Assembly (NCBI GenBank): GCA_964427375.1
Contig: CAYRUF010000020.1
Coordinates: forward strand, 563 to 64,562
Reading direction: 5' to 3'
Source of the DNA: an uncultured Desulfatibacillum sp.
GTDB taxonomy: Bacteria > Desulfobacterota > Desulfobacteria > Desulfobacterales > SpSt-501
Length of the DNA: 64,000 nucleotides
The notes beneath the pieces were generated by a model. The model had not been told where the DNA came from. It ran no database searches and was given only the letters and a program-made list of their open reading frames with translations. Shown piece after piece: positions 27,741-37,603 of the stretch; position 1 is the stretch's first letter, and the number at the start of each line of letters is the position of its first letter. The position numbers and the translations under genes were made by a program.

Positions 27741-28598
27741 ATGGACATGCAGCAGCGACTGATCAAAATGGGGTGGAACCTTTTTCTGATTATTGCCGGA
27801 AGCGTGCTATGCGCCGTGGCCATCAACGGCATCCTCATTCCCAACCAGTTCCTGGCCGGGGGGATCAGCGGCCTGAGTCTTTTTATTTATTACCTCTTTC
27901 CGTTCATGCCGGTCGGAGTCAACAATTTCCTTCTCAATATACCGCTTTTCGCGATCGGATGGTTGTTTGTCGGGCGCCGATTCTTCTTCTACAGTCTGGC
28001 CGGGATGGTGATCTTTTCGGCGGCACTGCTCCTGCAGGTGCCGGTGTTTCCGATTCGGGACCCGCTTCTCCAAGCGCTGACCGCCGGCATCATATCCGGC
28101 ATCGGCAGCGGCGTGATCCTGAAATCCCTCGGCTCCGGCGGAGGCCTGGATATTCTCTCGGTCATTTTGCTCAAGCGCTTTTCCATCCGAATCGGCACCA
28201 CGGTCATGGCGTTCAACTGCGCCCTGCTGGCGGCCTCGCTCTTCCGCTTCAGCCTGGACATCGTTCTTTACACCTTGATCTATCTTTTTGTCACGACCCA
28301 GCTCGTCAACCTGGTGGTGACCGGGCTCAACCAGCGCAAGGCGGTCATGGTGGTCTCGCCGGCATGGCAGGCCATCGCGCGCGAGATCATGGAGACCATG
28401 CAGCGCGGGGTCACCATCGTCAACGGCGAGGGCGGTTACACCGGCCATCCGCTGCGCATCATCTATTCGGTGATCACGTTCCAGGAACTGTCCCGTTTCA
28501 AAGAGATGGTCCGCCAGCATGACCCCCTCGCGTTTCTGGTGGTGACCGAAACCCTGGAGGTGATGGGCAGGGGGATCGGCAACCAGCCGCACTGGTAA
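27741..28598 (+). CDS. YitT family membrane protein (DUF161 + DUF2179)
   Basis: FLAGGISG, LNIPLF, GSGGGLDI, RGVT...G.GGYT, DPLAF. Confidence 0.9.
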   Translation: MDMQQRLIKMGWNLFLIIAGSVLCAVAINGILIPNQFLAGGISGLSLFIYYLFPFMPVGVNNFLLNIPLFAIGWLFVGRRFFFYSLAGMVIFSAALLLQVPVFPIRDPLLQALTAGIISGIGSGVILKSLGSGGGLDILSVILLKRFSIRIGTTVMAFNCALLAASLFRFSLDIVLYTLIYLFVTTQLVNLVVTGLNQRKAVMVVSPAWQAIAREIMETMQRGVTIVNGEGGYTGHPLRIIYSVITFQELSRFKEMVRQHDPLAFLVVTETLEVMGRGIGNQPHW

Positions 28599-28696
28599 TC
28601 CAGCGGCTTCCCGGTGAATCTGCGCCCGCGCGGCGCGAGAGAACCCTGCGGCGCGGAGGTTCTCCGGCGGGGGCGGCCGGAGGAAGGCGCCGGCGC

Positions 28697-30247
28697 TCAA
28701 AGGGGTTTGGAATAGATCACTTTCGCGTCGCCCCGGGCGTAGAAGTCCTCCAGCCGAGCCTCCGGTCGAAACCCCACCCGTTCGTAAAAGGCCCGGGTGC
28801 TCGCGTACTGAGCGCGCCCGGAGGTGTCGGCGTAGAGGCGGGTGCCGCCGGCCTGGCGGACCCGACGCTCCGCCGCCTGCAGCAGGATCCGGCCGAGCCC
28901 TTTGCCCTGAACCTCCGGGGACACCACGATCCAGTAAAGGTCATAGCTGGATTCCGTCAGCGGAACCGGTCCGTAGCAGGCATATCCCGCGAGCTTTCCA
29001 TCCAGCTCGGCGAAAACGAAGTGGTAGCCGCTTTCCGGCCCCTTGGACAGTCTCTCAAGGACCAGTTCTTCGGCGACCTCGGCTTCCGCCGCGCTGAAAT
29101 AGCCGGTGGCCTCCGCCAGGCGCCGGACCGCGGCCGGATCCCCGGTCGAGACGGCGAAGCGCAAGCTCGGCTGGATCGGGGGCGGCGGGATTGAAGCCGC
29201 GGCGGGGATCTCCGCTTTCCGCCCAGCGCCGGGTGAACGCGCTCGGTGCGTGTCGGCCAGAATGCGCGCGATGGCTTCCGGGTAACTGACGCCGGTTGCT
29301 TCCAGCGCGGCGGCGAAGCCGGCATCGGGCGACAGGCAGGGATTGGCGTTGACCTCCAAGACCCAGGGGCGGCCCTCGGCATCCACGCGGAAGTCCACCC
29401 GGGCATAGCCGTTCAGGCCGAAACCCTGCCAGCACCGCAGGGCCAGCATCCGCAGCCGGACCAGCAGCCCGGCATCCTCGGGCGGGAAATCGAAGCGCCG
29501 CGGGGTATGGTGGTATTCATACGAGTCGCTGTCCCACTTGGCGCGGTATCCCACGATGCGCAGCGCATCCGGCGGGTAGCCCTCGAAAAGGATCTCCGCG
29601 GGACGCAGCACCTCGGGGCCGCGGGGGCCGGCCAACAGCGAGAGATTGAATTCGCGGCCCGCCACGAAGCGTTCGGCAAAGCAGGCGCCGCCCAAGCCCG
29701 GTGCGCGGGCCTGCAAGGCCCCCGTCATCCGGTCGACGCGCTCGCAGCGGAGGAGCGCTTTTTCATCGAGGCCGATGGACGCATGCTCCCACAGGGATTT
29801 TATGATCCAGGGTGCCGAAGGCTCGGCGGCGGCCGCAGCCGCCCGCGACACGGCGGGAAGGTCGGGCGGGAAGGGACCGGTCCAATCCGGGGTCGGCAGG
29901 CCCAGCGTCCGCAGGCGGTCCTTGGCCAGGATTTTGTGGGAGGTCTGCTGGATCGCCTCGGTGCACGAGCCGGTGTAAGGCAGGCCCATGGCGTCCAGCA
30001 GCGCCGGCGCCAAATGGATCAAGCGGCCGGTGCCCCCGAGCGCTTCCACCAGGTTGAAGACCAGGTCCGGCCGCTGGGCTTCCAGGCGATGCTTGAGTCG
30101 GGCGATGTCAAGCGTACAGGGCAGGACCTCCGCCGGATGCCCCAGCGCGGCGAGCGCGGTGCGGACGGCTTCAACCTGGGTCAGCACGTCGCGATCGTCG
30201 GGCGCGCTGGCGTCGACGACCTCATTGTGGAGAATGAGGATGCGCAT
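28697..30247 (-). CDS. Ddl-like ATP-grasp ligase fused to a C-terminal GNAT acetyltransferase
   Basis: PDLVFNLVE, WIIKSLWEHASIG, GYARVDFRVD..VLEVNANP; C-terminal LYWIVVSPEVQGKGLG. Confidence 0.85.
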   Translation of the reverse strand: MRILILHNEVVDASAPDDRDVLTQVEAVRTALAALGHPAEVLPCTLDIARLKHRLEAQRPDLVFNLVEALGGTGRLIHLAPALLDAMGLPYTGSCTEAIQQTSHKILAKDRLRTLGLPTPDWTGPFPPDLPAVSRAAAAAAEPSAPWIIKSLWEHASIGLDEKALLRCERVDRMTGALQARAPGLGGACFAERFVAGREFNLSLLAGPRGPEVLRPAEILFEGYPPDALRIVGYRAKWDSDSYEYHHTPRRFDFPPEDAGLLVRLRMLALRCWQGFGLNGYARVDFRVDAEGRPWVLEVNANPCLSPDAGFAAALEATGVSYPEAIARILADTHRARSPGAGRKAEIPAAASIPPPPIQPSLRFAVSTGDPAAVRRLAEATGYFSAAEAEVAEELVLERLSKGPESGYHFVFAELDGKLAGYACYGPVPLTESSYDLYWIVVSPEVQGKGLGRILLQAAERRVRQAGGTRLYADTSGRAQYASTRAFYERVGFRPEARLEDFYARGDAKVIYSKPL

Positions 30248-31253
30248 GGTCGGAGCCGGCGGCGGGCGAGGGCGGGATGCGTTCGGCGGCCGATTCCACG
30301 ATCCGCGCCACCAGGCTGTCGAAGGTCACCCCGACCAGGGAGCCGATGATGGGAAGGTCGGAGTGTTCGAAGTGCAGGCCGGCCAGAGGGTTGACTTCCA
30401 TAAACTGCGGCCGGCCTTTGGCGTCGCAGCGGACATCGAGGCGGCCGGCGTCGCGGCAGCCGAGCGTGCGCCAGGCGCGCAGCGCAATGTCCTCCACGGC
30501 GGCGATCAAGGGGTCTTCCTGGGGCCGCATGAGCCGGTAGCGCACGAGCTCTTCGGAATGCTCCTTGTTGTGATAGGAGTACACGTCCGGCTCGGCGGCG
30601 GGCAGCAGCAGCACCTCCATAATCCCCAGAACCTGAGCTCTGGGGCCGGTGCCGGTGATTCCGACGGTGAACTCGCGGCCGGGCAGAAACCGTTCGACCA
30701 GAACCGGCTGGCGGTAGGCCTGAAGCAGCCGGGCGCAGGCGTCCGGCAGGTCCTGGCGGCGGCGGACAATCGAGCGGGTCGAAACGCCCTTGCCCGTGCC
30801 CTCGGCCACCGGCTTGATGAAATAGGGCGGCGCAAAGCCGACCGCGGCCGCTTCTTGCGGCGCTGCGACGGTCGCAAAAACGCAGGTCGGGATGCCGGCA
30901 TCGCGGATGACCCGCTTGGTCATGCCCTTGTGCAGCGTCAGGCTCATGACCAGCGGGTCCGAAAAGGTGTAGGCAATACCGTAGGCGTCCAGCAGGGCCG
31001 GCACCTGGGCCTCCCGGCCGATGCCGATCAGACCCTCGGCGATGTTGAAAACCAGGTCCCAGCGATGGCCGGCGGCCAGACGCTCCACCAGCCGCCGGAC
31101 ATGGCCGATGCGGTCGGTTTCGTGGCCCAGCCGCTGCAGCGCGGACTCGATGCCGTGGATGGTTTCATCCCGGTCGAATTCGGCGGTTTCGTCCTCCGAG
31201 TATCCCAGCGCGAGGTACTCGGAGCGCAAGTCGTACGTGAGCCCGATCCGCAT
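30222..31253 (-). CDS. Ddl-like ATP-grasp ligase
   Basis: DLVFNIAEG, YFIKPVAEGTGKG, GREFTVG, DAGRLDVR..MEVNPLAG; lacks the Ddl N-terminal GGxSxEH motif. Confidence 0.85.
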   Translation of the reverse strand: MRIGLTYDLRSEYLALGYSEDETAEFDRDETIHGIESALQRLGHETDRIGHVRRLVERLAAGHRWDLVFNIAEGLIGIGREAQVPALLDAYGIAYTFSDPLVMSLTLHKGMTKRVIRDAGIPTCVFATVAAPQEAAAVGFAPPYFIKPVAEGTGKGVSTRSIVRRRQDLPDACARLLQAYRQPVLVERFLPGREFTVGITGTGPRAQVLGIMEVLLLPAAEPDVYSYHNKEHSEELVRYRLMRPQEDPLIAAVEDIALRAWRTLGCRDAGRLDVRCDAKGRPQFMEVNPLAGLHFEHSDLPIIGSLVGVTFDSLVARIVESAAERIPPSPAAGSDHAHPHSPQ

Positions 31254-31268
31254 GGGGCGGCGATCCTC

Positions 31269-32594
31269 TTATCCCCTTCCGACATCCGGATAGCGATAGA
31301 CCTGATCGCAGTAATTGCGAAGCAGCAGGTCGTCGCCGCTGCGGCCTTCGACATAATTGGGCATGAGCGGGATCTTGCCGCCGCCCCCGGGGGCGTCGAT
31401 GACGTAGGTCGGTACCGCGTACCCGGTGGTGAAGCCGCGCAGGCCCCGGATGATTTCAAGGCCCTTTTCGACCGGCGTGCGGAAATGGCTGGAGCCGGTG
31501 ATCGGGTCGCACTGATAGATGTAATACGGCCGCACGCGCATGCGCATCAGATGATGGCAGAGCGCCTTCATGGTCTCCACCGAATCGTTGATGCCCTTCA
31601 GCAATACCGTCTGGGAGCCCAGCGGAATGCCGGCGTTGGCCAGCCGTTCGCAGGCGCGGTAGGCCTCGGCCGTGCACTCGCCCGGATGCGTGAAATGCAG
31701 GCTCATCCACAGCGGGTGGTAGCGCCGCAGGACCCTCACCAGGTTCGGGGTGATGCGCTGAGGCAGCACGGCCGGGATCTTGGTGCCGATGCGGATGATC
31801 TCCACGTGCGGGATCTCACGCAGCCGTGACAGCAGCCAGTTCAATCGCTCGTCGTTCAACGTCAGCGGGTCGCCGCCGGAGATCAGGACATCGCGGACGG
31901 ACGTGGCCGAACGGATGTAATCGATGGCGCGCTCCAGGCGCGAGCGGCTGGGATAGATGGCGCCGTGGCCGACCACGCGGGAGCGCGTGCAATAGCGGCA
32001 ATACGTGGAGCAGAAGTCCAGCACCAACAGCAGCACGCGGTCCGGGTAGCGGTGGACCAGGCCGTGGACGGGGCTCTGTCCGTCTTCGCCGAGCGGATCA
32101 TCGGCTTCTCCGGGCGTTTGGATGAACTCGGAAACCGTCGGGATCACCGTCCGGCGCAGGGCATCGTTCGGGTCGTCCTTGGAAAGCAGGCTCATGAAAT
32201 AGGGCGTGATACCGACCGGCAGCCTGGATTGGATCTTCTCGACAGCCGTGCGCTCGGCGTCGGACAGCGCCAGCATTCGTTCGAGTTGATCCAGGTGGCG
32301 GACACGATTGCGGATCTGCCACTGCCAGTCCGTCCAGTCCTTGTCGCTAGCGGACGGGAAAAAGGCCCGGCGGAAGGCGGCGGCCCTGGGGCTGGAGATG
32401 GGTCGTGATTTGGGTGCTGGGAAAACAGAAATTTTGCCCCTGAAGCGCGGGGCTACTTCCGGTAGGGGAACGACGTTGGCCAGGCAGCCGGATGAACCGG
32501 GAGGTTCTTCATCACTTTCGCCGGCCGTCTCGCTGGTTGATCCGGATGCTGCGTGGCTGTCAGAATCGTGGGACCGGACCACATCCTGTTTCAT
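31269..32594 (-). CDS. kamA: KamA family radical SAM aminomutase (lysine 2,3-aminomutase-like)
   Basis: HRYPDRVL, CSTYCRYCTR, ISGGDPL, YIYQCD, IDAPGGGGKIP (PLP lysine). Confidence 0.92.
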   Translation of the reverse strand: MKQDVVRSHDSDSHAASGSTSETAGESDEEPPGSSGCLANVVPLPEVAPRFRGKISVFPAPKSRPISSPRAAAFRRAFFPSASDKDWTDWQWQIRNRVRHLDQLERMLALSDAERTAVEKIQSRLPVGITPYFMSLLSKDDPNDALRRTVIPTVSEFIQTPGEADDPLGEDGQSPVHGLVHRYPDRVLLLVLDFCSTYCRYCTRSRVVGHGAIYPSRSRLERAIDYIRSATSVRDVLISGGDPLTLNDERLNWLLSRLREIPHVEIIRIGTKIPAVLPQRITPNLVRVLRRYHPLWMSLHFTHPGECTAEAYRACERLANAGIPLGSQTVLLKGINDSVETMKALCHHLMRMRVRPYYIYQCDPITGSSHFRTPVEKGLEIIRGLRGFTTGYAVPTYVIDAPGGGGKIPLMPNYVEGRSGDDLLLRNYCDQVYRYPDVGRG

Positions 32595-33083
32595 GGCTGT
32601 CAGAGTTCTCCTTTCACCGGGGCCTTTCAAAGGCCCATACAAATAGTTAAATAGCTTGAAGGACGAAAAAGATCAGGGTATACTATCTTTACTGGGTTGT
32701 TGTGGGTTGCCTTCCCTTTGTTTATCGGTTGGGTTTGCTGCCGATTCGGCCCCGATAGGCCAAATTCGTCCCCTCCATATAGTATTTAGATGCAGACCCT
32801 AATACAAAATATCGTTGTTGTCAATAAAATATTTTATGTTGAAAATCTAACTTTTTTCTAATCCTCTTGGAGTATTATACTGTTTTTCAACTAATAATCA
32901 AAGCTCTTTTTTTCAGTCGGGTGATGCATAAATGCGACACGTGAGGCTGCCCTGGGATATGTATCTATATTGATACGTGTATCCGGCCTCATGCATCCAA
33001 TTAGAGGCCATTTTCGTACTATCGGATTACAAAGGGCTATGGATTAGAAAAATCGAACGTCGAATTCATAAGGAGGCAGAAGC

Positions 33084-33377
33084 ATGGCTCGTAAAGTGAA
33101 AAAGGACGCTCCCAGGCGACGACGGATTGAATTTTCGATCGAGATGCCCAAGGCCAGCCAGGTGATCCTGATGGGCGATTTCAACCAGTGGGAACCGAAA
33201 ACTCATCCCATGCGCAAAGATGCGGACGGCGTATGGCGCAAGACCGTCATGATCTACCCGGGGCGGTATGAGTACCGGTTTTGGGTGGACGGCGAATGGT
33301 ACAACGACCCGCACAATCGGCTGCGCTGTCCGAACTGCTTCGGAAGCGAAAACAACGTGATCGAAGTGACCACGTGA
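33084..33377 (+). CDS. stand-alone CBM48 / isoamylase early-set domain protein
   Basis: VILMGDFNQW, GVWR, GRYEYRFWVDGEW..DP, FGSENNV. Confidence 0.88.
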   Translation: MARKVKKDAPRRRRIEFSIEMPKASQVILMGDFNQWEPKTHPMRKDADGVWRKTVMIYPGRYEYRFWVDGEWYNDPHNRLRCPNCFGSENNVIEVTT

Positions 33378-33486
33378 CCATCGGATGCTCAGTCCGGATG
33401 CCGGACGGCGGGCCGTTTCTCAGCGAGCCGAGGCGGCGGCTCAAAGCCCTGTGAGGCGAGGGAGGGCCGGCCGGGGGCGGCGGAGG

Positions 33487-35844
33487 TTATTTTTCAAGCG
33501 CCAGCTTGAGGACGTCCATCATTCGATCCACGAAGTGAAACGTGATGTCCTTTTGCACTTTCTTCGGGATGTCTTCCAGGTCCTTGTGATTTTCTTTGGG
33601 CAGGATGACCGTCTTGATTCCGGCGCGGTGGGCGGCCAGCACTTTTTCCTTGATCCCGCCCACCGGCAGCACCTGGCCGCGCAGGGTGATTTCCCCGGTC
33701 ATGGCGAGATCTTTGACCACCGCATGCTTGGTGAGGAAGGAGACCAGGGCGGTGAAGATGGTGACTCCGGCCGAGGGTCCGTCCTTGGGGATGGCGCCGG
33801 CCGGTATGTGGATGTGGATGTCCTGGCTTTCGAAGATGGTTTCGGACAGGCCCAGTTTGACGGCGTGAGTGCGGATGAAGCTCAGCGCCGCCTGGGCCGA
33901 CTCCTTCATGACATCGCCGAGTTGGCCGGTCATGATCAGGCGATCCTTGCCCTTCATGGCGGTGGCTTCGACAAAGAGGATGTCGCCGCCGACCTGGGTC
34001 CAGGCCAGGCCGGTGACCACCCCCGGCGTGGACGTGCGCGACCGGGTTTCCGCGCTGAAGCGCACCGGCCCGAGATATTTGGTGACCTGCTGGGCCTTGA
34101 TGGCCTCGGCGGTGATCGACCCCTCGGCGACTCGGCTGGCCACCCCGCGGCAGATGGAACCGATCTCGCGTTCCAGGTTGCGCAGGCCGGCCTCCCGCGT
34201 GTAGCCGGAGATGATGTGCCGCAGGGCCGCGCGGCTGAAGGTGATCTGCTCGGCCGAAAGCCCGTTGGCCGAGCGCTGGCGGGGGATCAGGTGCCGCTCG
34301 GCGATGTGGATCTTCTCGTCCTCGGTATAGCCCAGCAGCTGCAGCACTTCCATGCGGTCGCGCAGCGCCGGCGGGATCGTGTCGAGGATGTTGGCGGTGG
34401 CGATGAACATGGCTTTGGACAGGTCGAACGGCACGTCGAGATAATGGTCCTGGAAGGAGTGGTTCTGCTCGGGGTCGAGCACCTCCAGCAGGGCCGATGA
34501 GGGGTCGCCGCGGAAATCGGCGCCCAGCTTGTCGATTTCGTCGAGCATAAAAACGGGGTTGTTGGATTCGGCGCGGCGGATGCCCTGGATGACCCGTCCG
34601 GGCAGGGCGCCGACATAGGTGCGGCGGTGGCCGCGGATCTCGGCTTCGTCCCGCACGCCGCCGAGGGACATGCGATAGAACTTGCGGCCGAGGGCGCGGG
34701 CGATGGACTGGCCGAGCGAGGTCTTGCCGGTGCCGGGAGGGCCCGCAAAGCACAGGATCGGCCCCTTGGAGTCGGGCTTGAGCTTGCGCACGGCGAGATA
34801 TTCGATGATGCGGCGCTTGGGCTTTTCAAGGCCGTAATGGTCGTCGTCCAGCACCTTGCGGGCCTTCTTGATATCCAGGTTGTCCTCGGTGGCCTGGTGC
34901 CAGGGCAGGCCGGTCAGCCAATCGAGAAACGTGGTGGCGACCGTGTACTCCGCCGAGGAGGGATGCATGCGCCCGAGCCGTTCGAGCTCGCGCTCCGCCT
35001 CTTTGGCCGCCTCCGGCGGCAGGTTGGCCTCGCTGACCTTGGTGCGATAGGTCTCCACCTCGGCGGTGGCTTCGTCCTTTTCGCCCAGCTCGGCCTTGAT
35101 GGCCTTGAGCTGTTCGCGCAGGTAGTACTCGCGCTGCTTCTTGTCCATGTCCTCCTTGACCTGGTCCTGGATCTTCTTGCCCAGCTCCAGGATTTCCAGC
35201 TGCTTGTTCACGATGCGCGTGACCTCCTTCAGCCGGTCGGCCACGGGTCCGAGCTCAAGCACCTTCTGCTTTTCTTCCGCCGTGGCGTTGATGGAGGAGG
35301 CGATCATATCGGCCAGGGTGCCGGCCTCCTTGATCGACTGCGCCATGTAGACGACTTCGGCGGGAAGGGTCGGCGACGCCTGCACGACGCGCGCAAAGAG
35401 GTTCACAATATTGGTCATCAAGGCTTCGATCTCGGTATTCTGCGAGGCGTCTTCGGCCAAATGCTCGACCTCGGCCTGGAAGAAGGCCTTGCCCTCGGCC
35501 TGCACGAGGTTCTTGATCCGGAAACGCCCCAGGCCCTGGACCAGCAGCTGGGTGCGGTTTTCAGGGGTCTTGGCCATTTTGAGGATCATGGCGCTCGTTC
35601 CTACGGACGCGTAGCTCTCCGGCTTCGGCGGCCCTTCCTGGGAGGGGTCGGGTTTGGCGAAGACCATGCCGATCAGGCGGTCGCGCGACATGGCCTCGTC
35701 GATGAGCTGCACCGAATCCGGCTGCATCACCAGCAGCGGGGTCACCATCTTGGGAAACAGCACCGAGTCGACCACCGGCAGCAGGGGCAGAATATCCGGA
35801 AGCTGGTTCGCAACAGCGGCTTCAGATGATTGTTCGTCGGTCAT
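33487..35844 (-). CDS. lon: Lon protease (copy 2)
   Basis: [27 protein letters not shown]. Confidence 0.95.
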   Translation of the reverse strand: MTDEQSSEAAVANQLPDILPLLPVVDSVLFPKMVTPLLVMQPDSVQLIDEAMSRDRLIGMVFAKPDPSQEGPPKPESYASVGTSAMILKMAKTPENRTQLLVQGLGRFRIKNLVQAEGKAFFQAEVEHLAEDASQNTEIEALMTNIVNLFARVVQASPTLPAEVVYMAQSIKEAGTLADMIASSINATAEEKQKVLELGPVADRLKEVTRIVNKQLEILELGKKIQDQVKEDMDKKQREYYLREQLKAIKAELGEKDEATAEVETYRTKVSEANLPPEAAKEAERELERLGRMHPSSAEYTVATTFLDWLTGLPWHQATEDNLDIKKARKVLDDDHYGLEKPKRRIIEYLAVRKLKPDSKGPILCFAGPPGTGKTSLGQSIARALGRKFYRMSLGGVRDEAEIRGHRRTYVGALPGRVIQGIRRAESNNPVFMLDEIDKLGADFRGDPSSALLEVLDPEQNHSFQDHYLDVPFDLSKAMFIATANILDTIPPALRDRMEVLQLLGYTEDEKIHIAERHLIPRQRSANGLSAEQITFSRAALRHIISGYTREAGLRNLEREIGSICRGVASRVAEGSITAEAIKAQQVTKYLGPVRFSAETRSRTSTPGVVTGLAWTQVGGDILFVEATAMKGKDRLIMTGQLGDVMKESAQAALSFIRTHAVKLGLSETIFESQDIHIHIPAGAIPKDGPSAGVTIFTALVSFLTKHAVVKDLAMTGEITLRGQVLPVGGIKEKVLAAHRAGIKTVILPKENHKDLEDIPKKVQKDITFHFVDRMMDVLKLALEK

Positions 35845-35921
35845 GTCACCCTCCGAATCCGTTTACTTCCGCAGCGGAAACATTCACGTCGCAGCAGCTG
35901 AGCCATGCCCGAGGCTGCCAT

Positions 35922-36365
35922 TCATTCGCTGGTGATGGGCACTTTGTAAGTCTGGTCCATCGGCCGTTTGACCAGCCGGATCTCCAGCAATCCATTCTTG
36001 GCCGCAGCGCTGACCTTGTCCGGATCGATGGGGCTCGGCAGGAAGAGGATGCGCTCGAACCGTCCGTACTGGATTTCGGCCAGGCGATAGGTGCAGCTGG
36101 CGCCAGAGGCCGGCGTCAGGCGTTTGCCCTGGATGCGCACGGCCTTGCTGCTGATCTCGACTTCGAGATCCTCCTTGTCCACGCCGCCGATCTCGGCCCG
36201 GATGACGACTTCATCCGGCGTTTCATACATGTCCATCGGCGGGCGCCAGGCGCGTTCCGAGAGCGTGAAGGACGGGCCGATCCCCAGCATGTCCTCCAGG
36301 GTCTTTTCAAACTTGGAGGACAACTCGTCCAGGTCGTTGCCGAAGCGAATCTTGAAGAATTCCAT
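35922..36365 (-). CDS. Hsp20/alpha-crystallin family protein (copy 2)
   Basis: PPMDMYET, EIGGVDKEDLEVE, EIQYGRFERILFLP, KNGLLEI. Confidence 0.92.
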   Translation of the reverse strand: MEFFKIRFGNDLDELSSKFEKTLEDMLGIGPSFTLSERAWRPPMDMYETPDEVVIRAEIGGVDKEDLEVEISSKAVRIQGKRLTPASGASCTYRLAEIQYGRFERILFLPSPIDPDKVSAAAKNGLLEIRLVKRPMDQTYKVPITSE

Positions 36366-36612
36366 ATGCCGTTCCTCGACGGTTGAGGGTCATGACGCCA
36401 CGGCCCGGCGCCGACTGCAACGGGTTTCGGTTGCGCGACGCCAGGCGTTGGAATGACGGTTGACGACGTCATATCGTCTGGTACCACACTTGGGTTTCCA
36501 AGTAAACCAGCCGTGCGGCGAAGTCGGCGGAGCCGATAGACCCCAACCTTCCGCTGGGGCGCACGCGCCGGGCTGGGTCTCCGAGCATCCGAGCAAAGAA
36601 AAAAAAATACTG

Positions 36613-37521
36613 TTACAGCTGCTCCGGCGTAAATGCCACCACTTCGTCGATCGCGGCGGCATCGCAGAAGAGCATGGCCAGCCGGTCGATGCCGAGCGCG
36701 TTGCCGGCGCAGGGCGGCAGGTGCTTCAACGCTTCGAGGAATTTCTCCGGAAGCGGGTAGGCCGAGCGGCCCGAGTCGCCGATGCGCTGCTGCTCCGCCT
36801 CGAACCGCTGCCGCTGCTCGGCCGCGTCGTTCAGTTCGCTGAAACCGTTGCAGATCTCCAGTCCGCCGATGTAAAGCTCGAACCGTTCCGCTACGGCCGG
36901 ATTTTCAGGCTTCAGACGCGCCAGCGATGCCTTCTCGGCCGGGTAGTCGATCAGGAAGACCGGGCGCTCCTTGACGAGGTTCGGCTCGATCGCCAGGCCC
37001 ATGACTTCATCGAAGCGGCTCTGGGCCAATGCCTCCTCGGCGGAGACGGCGGCGAAGCGGTGATAGGCCTCGCTCACGGTCAGACGCGGCCAGGGCGCGG
37101 CCAGATCGATGGTCAGCCCCTGATAGCTCAGGCTGCCGCCCATGCCGAGCCGGCGGGCGATGTGCCGGATCAGCTCTTCGCAGCGGGCCATCAGATCGTC
37201 ATACGTCTGGCCAGCGGCATACCACTCCAGCATGGTCATCTCCGGCAGATGCCGTCGCCCGCGCTCGGCCTTGCGGAAGCACTTGCAGATCTGGAAGATT
37301 TTCGTATGGCCGGCCGCGAGGAGGCGCTTCATGCAAAGCTCCGGCGATGGCTGCAGCACCCAGCCGTCCGAGGAGATTACCTCGATATGTGCTTCCGGCA
37401 GCGGCGCGGGGATGCGCAGCGGGGTTTCGACTTCGAGGAAGCCCTGACCGCGGAAGGAGCTGCGGATCAGGTTCAGGATCTCGGCCCGGCGCTCCAGGTT
37501 GGCAGATTTGAAATTCTTCAT
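36613..37521 (-). CDS. epmA: EF-P lysine aminoacylase EpmA (GenX/PoxA)
   Basis: GFLEVETP, LQPSPELCMKRLLA, IFQICKCFR, EMTMLEWY, ERFELYI..EICNGFSEL, GNALGIDRL; no anticodon-binding domain. Confidence 0.92.
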   Translation of the reverse strand: MKNFKSANLERRAEILNLIRSSFRGQGFLEVETPLRIPAPLPEAHIEVISSDGWVLQPSPELCMKRLLAAGHTKIFQICKCFRKAERGRRHLPEMTMLEWYAAGQTYDDLMARCEELIRHIARRLGMGGSLSYQGLTIDLAAPWPRLTVSEAYHRFAAVSAEEALAQSRFDEVMGLAIEPNLVKERPVFLIDYPAEKASLARLKPENPAVAERFELYIGGLEICNGFSELNDAAEQRQRFEAEQQRIGDSGRSAYPLPEKFLEALKHLPPCAGNALGIDRLAMLFCDAAAIDEVVAFTPEQL

Positions 37522-37603
37522 GTAACATGCCTCATCGCAAACCGGCAGAACCACCCACTTTCGCCAGGCAATCACGCATTGAAACGGCAGCTTCCAATCG
37601 GTT

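Noticed and set aside
28697-31253. Calling the two ATP-grasp genes ddl
   Set aside because: They lack the Ddl N-terminal GGxSxEH motif and sit in a kamA operon; one is fused to a GNAT.
36556-36575. GGCGCGTGCGCCCCAGCGG (minus strand) resembling the MITE inner IR
   Set aside because: About 19 nt with 3 mismatches in GC-rich DNA, with no arms, partner IR or core nearby.
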